Shown: positions 47,643-56,427 of the stretch, in pieces
Numbering within the stretch: the stretch's first letter is position 1
How the letters are laid out: every line of letters begins with the position of its first letter
Assembly (NCBI GenBank): GCA_026706345.1
Contig: JAPOYX010000198.1
Coordinates: 47,828 to 111,827, forward strand
From: Gemmatimonadota bacterium
GTDB lineage: Bacteria > JAAXHH01
Direction: 5' to 3'
Length of the DNA: 64,000 nt
Position numbers and translations under genes: made by a program
The notes under the pieces: model-generated
The model's input: only the letters and a program-made list of their open reading frames with translations
Databases searched by the model: none
What the model was told of the DNA's origin: nothing

Positions 47643-49903
47643 TGCCAGAACGCTCCATGGACATGACCGAAACTACCGATACATTCACGGCGCGTGAATC
47701 CGCGTTCGACGTACTCCTCGTCGGCAACCCGAATACCGGCAAGACGTCCGTATTCAATTCTCTGACCGGGCTCCGGCAGAAAACGGGCAACTATCCCGGC
47801 GTGACCGTGGAGAAGAAGACGGGCATCGTGGCGGGGCCGGACGGCGGCACGCTTCGTCTCCACGACATGCCCGGAATGTACAGCCTTACCCCGAAGTCTC
47901 TCGACGATTCCATCGCACGGGAGGTGCTGATCGGGGAAGCGGACGAGAACCTGGACATCCGGCTCATCGTGGTTGTTGCGGACGCCTCGAATCTCAACAG
48001 GAACCTCTACCTGGTTACCCAGCTCATCGACCTCGGCATCCCCGTCGCCGTGGCCATGAACATGATGGACAACGCCGTCAGCAGCGGCGTCCACATCGAT
48101 CTGGACGCACTCTCCGATCAACTGAAGGTCCCGATCGTACCCGTAATCGCTTCACGTCAACAGGGAATAGACGAGTTGCGACAGATGATGTTCGACCAGA
48201 TCGGTCCGGGGGGATCGGAAACGCGGCCAGCCGGATCGCCGGAAGAGGCTGCGCAGGGATCGATCGGACCCGCCTCGGGTCCGGCCAGGGTTTCTTTCGC
48301 CGAACGGTTTCCGCGGCGGCGTCTGCTGGGCGGCCTGCTCGACGAAGCGCTCTCTCCCGCTGCGGCCTGGTTCGGAGCACACACGAAACTGAACGAGGTA
48401 GCGCAGACTTCGGAAGCACTGCGGGTGACTTCGAGCGACCAGGCGCTGCAGACGTGGATGGAAGGCCGCCAGGACGCCTCCTGCAGAGACGACCTGAAAC
48501 GCATCGTGGAGCAGGTGCGGGGCAGGCTGGACGAGATACAGGTGCCCTGGCGGATGCTGGAGACCATTCTGCGGTATGACCAGATCGACGAGCTCTATTC
48601 CAAGGTCGTGCGGGAGGAACGAGATACCCAGGCCAGGCCAAGCGTCCGGCTGGACCGCGTGTTCACCCACCGGGTGGCCGGCCCCGCCATCGTACTGATC
48701 GTGTTCGCACTGGTCTTCCAGTCCATCTTCTCCTGGGCAGAAACGCCCATGACGCTCATCGAGGACGGAGTCGGCGCCCTGGGCGCCTTCGTCTACCAGT
48801 TTCTGCCGGAAGGCCTGTTGCGCAACCTGCTCGTGGACGGCGTCATTGCCGGGGTGGGCGCCGTGCTGGTCTTTCTCCCCCAGATCCTCTTTCTCTTCTT
48901 CTTCCTGGCTCTGCTCGAAGATACGGGCTACATGGCCCGCGTAGCCTTTATCATGGACCGTTTCATGAAGAGCATGGGACTGTCGGGCCATTCGGTCATG
49001 CCGCTGCTTTCGTCCTTTGCCTGCGCGATACCGGGCATCATGGCGACGCGGACGATCTCGAACTGGAAGGACCGCCTGATCACGATCATGATCGCGCCGC
49101 TGATGAGCTGCAGCGCCCGCCTGCCCGTATACATCCTGCTGATCGGCGCCTTCTTCCCGTCCATGACGATTTTGGGCGTATTCACGCTGCAGGGCCTCAT
49201 GCTGTTCACCATGTACATCTTCGGGATTGTCGTCGCTATCGCCGCGGCGCTGGTGTTCAAGCGGTTTTTCATGAGGGACGCCGTTCCCACGAGTTTCGTC
49301 ATGGAACTGCCGCCCTACCGGCTGCCCTCCCTCAAGTGGGTTTTGCTGCAAATGTTCGAACGGGCGAAGGTCTTCGTGACGGAGGCGGGCCAGATCATAC
49401 TGGCCATATCGGTCGTCCTCTGGTTCCTCGCCTCGTACCCGCAACCCGACGACTACGATACCATGTCGTCCAGGTCGCGCATACAACAGAGTTACGCCGG
49501 CCAGCTCGGCCAGCTGATCGAACCGGCCATCGAGCCCCTCGGGTTCGACTGGAAGGTGGGTATCGGCCTCATCACGTCCTTCGTCGCCAGGGAAGTGCTG
49601 GTCAGCACCATGGCCACGATCTACAACGTGGAGGAGGCCGACGAGACCTCGGTCGATCTCCGAACGTCGCTCCAGAACGAGGTGGATCCGGAAACGGGCG
49701 AGCGGGTATACACACCGCTTGTGGCGGTCGCCCTCATGGTGTTCTTCGCCCTGGCCTGCCAGTGCATGGCCACGGTCGCCATCGTGAAGCGGGAGACCAG
49801 CAGTTGGCGATGGCCCATCGTCATGATCGCGTACATGACCGCCCTGGCCTATATCGGATCTTTCGTTGTCTACCAGGGAGGATTGCTCCTGGGATACGGG
49901 TAG
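47643..49903 (+). CDS. feoB: Ferrous iron transport protein B.
   Basis: G-domain motifs VLLVGNPNTGKTSVFN (G1) and NMMD (G4). A GDI/helical domain follows, then the polytopic membrane domain with gate motifs. Length is about 753 aa. Confidence 0.9.
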
Positions 49904-49953
49904 CTGCCATCGGATCGTTTGGCATTTAACCGTTCCGTCGTTATCTTGTCATC

Positions 49954-50145
49954 ATGGATCTTCAAACCCTGATCGTTGCCATAACCGTTGGAATCGCGGC
50001 CGCGTTTGTCGTTCGCACCTTCACGCGGCAGTTCACGTCCCGGGGCCGGAAGGGATGCGCAAGCTGCAGCCACGGCGGCTCGGGCGGCCAGCCAGGCGCA
50101 TCGCGGGATGGCGATCTGATACAGGTGGAATCGATCCGGGAATAG
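49954..50145 (+). CDS. FeoB-associated Cys-rich membrane peptide.
   Basis: 63 aa. An N-terminal TM helix (LIVAITVGIAAAFVV) is followed by CASCSHGG. It sits immediately after feoB. The family assignment is from memory. Confidence 0.55.
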   Translation: MDLQTLIVAITVGIAAAFVVRTFTRQFTSRGRKGCASCSHGGSGGQPGASRDGDLIQVESIRE

Positions 50146-50180
50146 CTTCAGTCCACAAACGCAGATCGACACCAGACCAC

Positions 50181-50747
50181 ATGTCCGTACTCGATACAAT
50201 CCGGAACAGACGGTCGATTTACGAATTCAGGACGGAACCGGTCCCCCGGGAAGTGATCGCCCGTGTGCTCGAAACGGCCGTGTGGGCGCCGAACCACAAG
50301 CTGACGGAACCCTGGCGCTTCCTGGTCGTCACGGGGAAGACCAAGGAGGCCCTGGCGACCATCTACTGCAAGATCCAGCGTGAAAAAACGAAGTCGGACG
50401 ACTCCGGTATCCTGCGGAAGGCCACTGAAAAGGGTTATGCCAAGATCATGTCCAAGCCCGCCGTCATCGGCGTGGTCTGCAAGAAGGACGAGGACGCCTT
50501 CCGCGCGCGCGAGGACTATGCCGCCACCTGCTGCGCTATTCACAACATCGCGCTGGCCGCCTGGGAAGAGGGCATCGGCATGCAGTGGAGCACGGGAGGG
50601 CTTATCCGGGATCCCGAGACGCTGGAACTGCTGAAAATCGATTCACGTGAAGAAGAAATCATCGGATTCCTCTACACAGGTTATCCGGCGCAGGTCCCCG
50701 CCCAGAAAAGAATACCCGCCGCCGAACGAACCGAATGGTTCGGCTGA
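50181..50747 (+). CDS. Nitroreductase-family protein.
   Basis: MSVLDTIRNRRSIYEFR...PNHKLTEPWRFLVV are classic nitroreductase/FMN-binding motifs. Length is 188 aa. Confidence 0.75.
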   Translation: MSVLDTIRNRRSIYEFRTEPVPREVIARVLETAVWAPNHKLTEPWRFLVVTGKTKEALATIYCKIQREKTKSDDSGILRKATEKGYAKIMSKPAVIGVVCKKDEDAFRAREDYAATCCAIHNIALAAWEEGIGMQWSTGGLIRDPETLELLKIDSREEEIIGFLYTGYPAQVPAQKRIPAAERTEWFG

Positions 50748-50807
50748 CGCATCCATAGACTTCTTCCATAGGACAAATACGCAACCTCGAAACACCCTGG
50801 AGCCGCC

Positions 50808-51344
50808 ATGTCCGTAGTTTCCGAAGTTCGATTCGCATCGGGATTCCACTGGGAAGACTACATGCGGAACAGCGAGAAGAATCTCGAAAGGTTCAATGAA
50901 AATTACGAGAAAGCAAACCTGGATCCGGAGGATGCGCGGTTCCTCGCCTCCATCACGACGCCCTTGAAGGTGCTCATCCTCGCGGAGGACTGGTGCGGCG
51001 ACGTGGTGCAAAGCCTTCCACCCATCGTCCGCATGTTGGAGCAGAGCCCGGCCATCGCGTACCGGATCTTCCGCAGGGACGAGAACCTGGACATCATGGA
51101 CCGGTATCTCACTGACGGTTCCAGGGCCATTCCCTATCTCGTCTTTATGGACGACGGCCTGAACGAGGTGGCCCGGTGGGGACCACGCCCGGACGAATGC
51201 CAGGCGATCATGCGGGACAACAAGGGCAGGATCCCCATGGAAGACATCTACCCCCGCATCCGTTCCTGGTACAGGCAACACGGGAACGGCCCGCTCGTGA
51301 CGGAAATCCGGGGCGTCCTCGAACGAATCAAGCGGACCGCATGA
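50808..51344 (+). CDS. Thioredoxin-fold protein (monothiol, WCGDV motif).
   Basis: ILAEDWCGDVVQSLPPI sits in the thioredoxin active-site position but has only one Cys. Length is 178 aa. Confidence 0.55.
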   Translation: MSVVSEVRFASGFHWEDYMRNSEKNLERFNENYEKANLDPEDARFLASITTPLKVLILAEDWCGDVVQSLPPIVRMLEQSPAIAYRIFRRDENLDIMDRYLTDGSRAIPYLVFMDDGLNEVARWGPRPDECQAIMRDNKGRIPMEDIYPRIRSWYRQHGNGPLVTEIRGVLERIKRTA

Positions 51345-51351
51345 TCCTTCC

Positions 51352-51858
51352 ATGGCCGAAACCGTCACGGAAATCAAGCACAACACTGGCAAGCCCGACC
51401 AGTCCTTCTCGTGCCGCCTGCTCTACCACGGGGGCAGCCGCATGGTGATTTCCTACCGGTCCACCCGGGAATACCGGCAGGGGGACATCCGGATTCCCCC
51501 GGGCACGCTGACCCTGGCCTATTACGAAGAAGGACTGCCCCACATCCTGTGGAAGATGATCGGACCGGACGGAAGCCTCGTCGGGCACTACGTACACCTC
51601 TGCGACCGGGTACGGATCGGACCGGACCACGTTGAGTATGACGACCAGTTGCTTGACCTGTGGTTCTTTCCGGACGGCGGCTGCCGCGTGCTGGACGAGG
51701 ACGAACTGCGGCAGGCCGCTGACAACGGACTGATCGAACCTGATACGGCGGATCGCGTAAGGACAACTGCCGGGGATGTCGTGCGCCGTATCCACACGAT
51801 CACGGCGGATTTCGACGCGCTGCTCGACAGCCGCGGACTTGCTCAGCACGCCAGCTAG
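51352..51858 (+). CDS. DUF402-like protein.
   Basis: 168 aa. LDLWFFPDGGCRVLDEDELRQAADNGLI resembles the DUF402 core. The call comes from resemblance only. Confidence 0.45.
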   Translation: MAETVTEIKHNTGKPDQSFSCRLLYHGGSRMVISYRSTREYRQGDIRIPPGTLTLAYYEEGLPHILWKMIGPDGSLVGHYVHLCDRVRIGPDHVEYDDQLLDLWFFPDGGCRVLDEDELRQAADNGLIEPDTADRVRTTAGDVVRRIHTITADFDALLDSRGLAQHAS

Positions 51859-52051
51859 CTCCCTGTATACACCATACACGCCAGCCGTTCCAAGGAGCGT
51901 TGCGGCCGGTTTTCGTCCACCGTAATCTACTTGACAGACAACGGTTTTTTTCGTAAGTTCAAAGTACCGGAAATACGGTGAAACAGATGCCTGTCCGACG
52001 CAGTGGAAACAGGTGGTCGAATCTCACCGTACAAGTTCAACCTGCCAATTT

Positions 52052-53017
52052 ATGCCATCATTGAAAAACACGGTTACGCATCGCTTATCGGCTAAGGGCA
52101 TCGATCCCCTCGCGCTCTACGGCCAGTACGATTCCAGGCTGCGCGCCATAGAGAGTGAATTCGACGCCAAAATCACCGCCCGGGGCGAAGAAGTCGTGAT
52201 CACGGGCAAAGCGGAAGAAGTCAGGCAGATCACCAATGTGCTGCGCGAGATGATCAAGTCTGTCCAGCAGGGCCGAACGCGCGAAGTGGACGATATCATC
52301 CGGGCAACCAGGACCGAAAAGAAAAACGGTGAAGAATCCGGCTCGTACTCCGGTGAATCGATCGAAGTGCTGTCCCGGCGGGAACGGATCCGGGCGCGGA
52401 GTCCCAACCAGCAGGAGTACGTGGACCAGGTCCGGAAATGCGATATCGTGTTTTCCATCGGGCCCGCCGGTACGGGTAAGACCTACCTGGCGGTAGCCAT
52501 GGCCATCTCGGCCCTACGCAGGGGAGAGGTCGATCGGATCGTATTGGCGCGGCCGGCCGTGGAAGCGGGCGAAAGCCTCGGGTTTCTTCCCGGCGATCCG
52601 AGGGAAAAGGTCGACCCGTACCTCAAGCCCCTCTATGACGCGCTGCACGACATGATCCCGAACCACAAGGCCGGACGTCTCATCGAAGACGGGACCATCG
52701 AGATCATTGCCATGGCGTATATGCGAGGCCGTACGCTGAACAACGCCTTCGTGATCCTCGACGAGGCCCAGAACACGACGACGGCGCAGATGAAGATGTT
52801 CCTGACCCGCCTGGGCGCCAATTCCAAGGCGATCATCACCGGCGATATCACCCAGATCGATCTGCCCGAGGACAAGGTTTCCGGACTGGTTCACGTCCAG
52901 GAGGTGCTGGCGGACATCCGGGGCATCGCCTTCGTATACCTGACGGATAAGGACGTGGTCAGGCACCGGCTCGTTCAGGACATCATCAAGGCCTATGAAC
53001 GGCATGAGAACCCCTAA
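52052..53017 (+). CDS. phoH: PhoH-like ATPase.
   Basis: Walker A GPAGTGKTYLAVAMAI, Walker B ILDEAQN, and a KH-like N-terminus. Upstream promoter: TTGACA, 17 bp, TAAGTT at 51935-51963. Confidence 0.85.
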   Translation: MPSLKNTVTHRLSAKGIDPLALYGQYDSRLRAIESEFDAKITARGEEVVITGKAEEVRQITNVLREMIKSVQQGRTREVDDIIRATRTEKKNGEESGSYSGESIEVLSRRERIRARSPNQQEYVDQVRKCDIVFSIGPAGTGKTYLAVAMAISALRRGEVDRIVLARPAVEAGESLGFLPGDPREKVDPYLKPLYDALHDMIPNHKAGRLIEDGTIEIIAMAYMRGRTLNNAFVILDEAQNTTTAQMKMFLTRLGANSKAIITGDITQIDLPEDKVSGLVHVQEVLADIRGIAFVYLTDKDVVRHRLVQDIIKAYERHENP

Positions 53018-53034
53018 GTCCGTTTGCTTTCATC

Positions 53035-53505
53035 TTGACTGTTGAAATCGAAACCACCCTGCCCGCGCTGGACGTGCCGCGCGAGGCGCTCTGCAGTGCC
53101 GTTTGCCGGGTACTTCAGGGGGAAGGCCGAGACCATGCGGCCGTGACCGTGGTACTGGTCGACGACCCCTACATCCGGCGGTTGAATCACAAGTATCGCC
53201 ATCTGGATCGCGCGACGGACGTGCTGTCGTTCAACCTGGACGACGGTACCGGGCTCGACAGGGAAGCACTGGGCGACGTGTACATTTCCGTCGACCGGGC
53301 CCGGGACCAGGCCGGCCGTTATCATGTGTCCCTGGACGACGAGTTGCACCGGCTCGTGGTTCACGGGTGTCTGCACCTGCTGGGCTATGACCACCACAAC
53401 GCTTCGGAACGCAAAGTGATGCGGGAGAAGGAGCGGGTCTACTCGGCGGCCGAGGACGCCGGCGGGAATTCGGATGGTCACATAGGAGAAAAGCGTCGTG
53501 GATGA
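53035..53505 (+). CDS. ybeY: rRNA maturation endoribonuclease YbeY.
   Basis: HGCLHLLGYDH zinc-binding motif, 156 aa. A TTG start is inferred. Confidence 0.85.
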   Translation: MTVEIETTLPALDVPREALCSAVCRVLQGEGRDHAAVTVVLVDDPYIRRLNHKYRHLDRATDVLSFNLDDGTGLDREALGDVYISVDRARDQAGRYHVSLDDELHRLVVHGCLHLLGYDHHNASERKVMREKERVYSAAEDAGGNSDGHIGEKRRG

Positions 53506-54820
53506 CGACATTCCCCTATTGGTCGAATGGCTGATCCTGACCGGCTGTACTATTTACGCCATGCTCCTGACCGGAGCGGAATCCGCGTTTTCCAGCCTGC
53601 CCAAAACCACGCTTCAGGAACTCAAGGCCGCCCACGAAGGCGGACAATCCAGCCGCGTTACCCGGTGGCTCGACAACCAGGAACGCCTGTTTACCACCCT
53701 GCTCATCGGAAAAACCATCACCACGGCCGGCGTCGTCATCTCCGTGGTGGCCCTGGCCCTGACGCCGCCGCTTACCGACTCCTTCGGCTCGACCCTCACG
53801 CTGACTATCTCCGGACTGTTCGCCATCGGGCTGTTGCTGGTCCTGATCGAGTGGCTTCCGCGACTCCTCGTGTCCCGGTACTCCGACCTGACCGTTCGCG
53901 TTTCCGCCGTACTGGTCCTCGTCAGCTACTGGCTGTTCTGGCCGCTGATCACGCCGCTGCTCGTGCTGAACCTGCGCATGGCGCGCGCGGGACTCTTCAG
54001 CAGCGGCCGCAATCCCTACTGGCTCGACGACGAACTGCACCGGGTACTCGAACTCGAAGAGACCCGCGAACTGAAGCCCGACGACAAGGAGATGATCAGC
54101 AGCATCATCGAAATGCACGACACCAGCGTACGGGAAGTGATGGTGCCGCGGGTCGACATGGTGTGCGCGGAAAAATCCCGTCCCATTCCGGAACTGCTCG
54201 AGCTCATCCGCGAGATGGGCCATTCGAGGATTCCGATCTACGGCGATTCCGTCGACGATATCGTGGGGGTGGCCTACGCCAAAGACCTGCTTCAGCTAAG
54301 CGACGATCCTGAAGGAGAGAAGGAGCTGGAAGACCTGCTTCGCCCGCCCTACGTCGTGCCGGAAACCAAAAAAGCCGCCGAGCTGCTGAAGGAGTTCCAG
54401 CAGGAAAAGATCCACCTGGCCATCGTCGTGGACGAACACGGGACGACCGCGGGCCTGGTGACCCTGGAAGACCTGCTCGAGGAGATCGTGGGGGAGATCC
54501 AGGACGAATACGACGACGAGGATCCGATGTACGAGGCGCTGTCGGGCGGCTCGTTCCTCGTCCACGCCCGGCTCAATATAGATACGCTGAACGACATCCT
54601 CGACCTGGATATCACGCCGGACGGTTTCGAGACCGTCGGCGGCCTGGTTTTCAACGAACTCGGCCGGGTGCCCGAACCCGGCGAGGCCGTGCCGTTCCGG
54701 AATTTCCGGATCGTGGTGCGCGAGGTGGAGGGACAGCGGATCATCAAGGCGGTGGTCAGCCGCCTGCAGCCTCGATCCGAAGAAGGCGGGACCGATTCGA
54801 TGGAGGACCGGGTGGCGTAG
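53498..54820 (+). CDS. corC: CorC/HlyC-family transporter-associated protein (DUF21 TM domain, CBS pair, CorC_HlyC).
   Basis: N-terminal four-TM DUF21, tandem CBS domains, and a C-terminal transporter-associated domain. The GTG start overlaps ybeY. It sits in the conserved phoH-ybeY-corC order. Confidence 0.85.
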   Translation: MDDDIPLLVEWLILTGCTIYAMLLTGAESAFSSLPKTTLQELKAAHEGGQSSRVTRWLDNQERLFTTLLIGKTITTAGVVISVVALALTPPLTDSFGSTLTLTISGLFAIGLLLVLIEWLPRLLVSRYSDLTVRVSAVLVLVSYWLFWPLITPLLVLNLRMARAGLFSSGRNPYWLDDELHRVLELEETRELKPDDKEMISSIIEMHDTSVREVMVPRVDMVCAEKSRPIPELLELIREMGHSRIPIYGDSVDDIVGVAYAKDLLQLSDDPEGEKELEDLLRPPYVVPETKKAAELLKEFQQEKIHLAIVVDEHGTTAGLVTLEDLLEEIVGEIQDEYDDEDPMYEALSGGSFLVHARLNIDTLNDILDLDITPDGFETVGGLVFNELGRVPEPGEAVPFRNFRIVVREVEGQRIIKAVVSRLQPRSEEGGTDSMEDRVA

Positions 54821-54928
54821 CATCTGCCGGATGTCTCTCGGGCGGGCGGGCCGACCCGGCATGCGTCCATCGGGTTCGTCACGTATCACGTATACACCCT
54901 TATCCCCCGCCACGACGGGAGTCCATGG

Positions 54929-56422
54929 ATGGCCGCGGACCGCCCCAACATCATCCTCATCATGACCGACCAGCAGCGGGTCGATACGATCCGCGGCTGG
55001 GACAATCCCCACATGATCACCCCGGCCCACGACAGGCTGGCCGCCGAAGGGGTTTCCTTCCGGGAGGCCTACTGTCCGGGCGCCACCTGCGTGGCCTCGC
55101 GGGCCGCCGTCTTCACCGGCATGTACCCCCATAACACGGGCGTCTACAGTTTCCAGCCCTGGGGAGGCCACCGCAACTGGGTGCAGGACCTGGCTGAGGC
55201 CGGCTACTGGTGCGCCAGCGTTGGCAAGATGCATTTCATGCCCAGAGACATCCCCGGCGGGTTTCACGAGCGGATCGTCGTCGAAAACCCGACCAGCATG
55301 AGCCTGGCCGGCGGCGGCGCGGACGACGACTGGGGCCGCTACATGACCTTCCACGGCGTGGAACGGCCCAACGACCGCCACCTGACGGACCCCGACTGGT
55401 GGACCAGGCTGCAGGGCGTGCCGTGGCACGAGGAAGAGCGGTTCCACAGCGACGTCTTCATTGGAAACTCGGCCCTCAACTGGATCCGCAGCCACCGCGG
55501 CGACAGGCCCTTCTTCCTCGAAATCGGATTTACGGGTCCCCACGAACCCTGGGACCCGCTCCCCCGTCACCTGAGCCTGTACGACGATGTCGAGATACCC
55601 ATGCCGGTAACCCGGGAGAACGAACTGGCGGAAAAGCCGCCCCAGCAGGAAGCGCTGAAGAAGATGTTCTCCACGGCCGGCCACGAGTCCGGCATCAACA
55701 TGTACCTGGCCAACGATGAACGCATCGACCGCATGCGCCGGCACTACTACGCCAAGGTGACTACGGTGGACGAGAAGATGGGGGAAATCCTGGACGCCCT
55801 GGAGGAAAGGGGCTACCTGGACAACGCCCTGGTCATCTTCTGCTCGGACCACGGCGAGAACCTGGGCGACCACGCCCTGGCCTACAAGTGGCTGATGTAC
55901 GACACCATCACCCACATCCCCCTCATCATCCGCTACCCGGACCGCCGGCGCCGGGGCGACCACGTAAGCGACCTGGTCTCCCTCATGGACCTGGGTCCCA
56001 CCATCCTCGAGGCGGCCGGCGTGCCGGTCCCCACCTACTTGGAAGGGCGGTCCTTACAGCCCTATGCCGACCCGGACTCCTCCGTCACGCCGCGGGACTA
56101 CGTCTTCTGCGAGGACAACTACCAGATCATGATGCGCAGCCCGGTCCACAAGATGGTATACTACATTGGCCAGGAGGAGGGCGAGCTATACGACCTGGTG
56201 GCCGATCCCGGGGAGCTGTGGAACCGGTGGTCCGACAGCCGCTACGGGGCAGTCAAGGCCAGGATGAAAGAAGACCTGCTGGAGTGGCTGGCGGCCAGCA
56301 ACTACTGGCACGCCGGTTACAAGCGGGATCGCTCCGCGCAGTATGCCGTGCGCTGGCCCACCGACGACAACGTCAACCTCCAGGGCCCGCCCGCGGAGGA
56401 TGCGGAGAAGCCGGGGTTTTAG
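54929..56422 (+). CDS. Sulfatase-family protein (arylsulfatase-like) with no signal peptide.
   Basis: IILIMTDQQRVD and the active-site segment CVASRAAVFTGMYPHNTG are present. This is a C-x-A-x-R variant of the C-x-P-x-R formylglycine motif. 497 aa. The N-terminus MAADRPNII has no signal sequence. Confidence 0.75.
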   Translation: MAADRPNIILIMTDQQRVDTIRGWDNPHMITPAHDRLAAEGVSFREAYCPGATCVASRAAVFTGMYPHNTGVYSFQPWGGHRNWVQDLAEAGYWCASVGKMHFMPRDIPGGFHERIVVENPTSMSLAGGGADDDWGRYMTFHGVERPNDRHLTDPDWWTRLQGVPWHEEERFHSDVFIGNSALNWIRSHRGDRPFFLEIGFTGPHEPWDPLPRHLSLYDDVEIPMPVTRENELAEKPPQQEALKKMFSTAGHESGINMYLANDERIDRMRRHYYAKVTTVDEKMGEILDALEERGYLDNALVIFCSDHGENLGDHALAYKWLMYDTITHIPLIIRYPDRRRRGDHVSDLVSLMDLGPTILEAAGVPVPTYLEGRSLQPYADPDSSVTPRDYVFCEDNYQIMMRSPVHKMVYYIGQEEGELYDLVADPGELWNRWSDSRYGAVKARMKEDLLEWLAASNYWHAGYKRDRSAQYAVRWPTDDNVNLQGPPAEDAEKPGF

Positions 56423-56427
56423 TCCCT

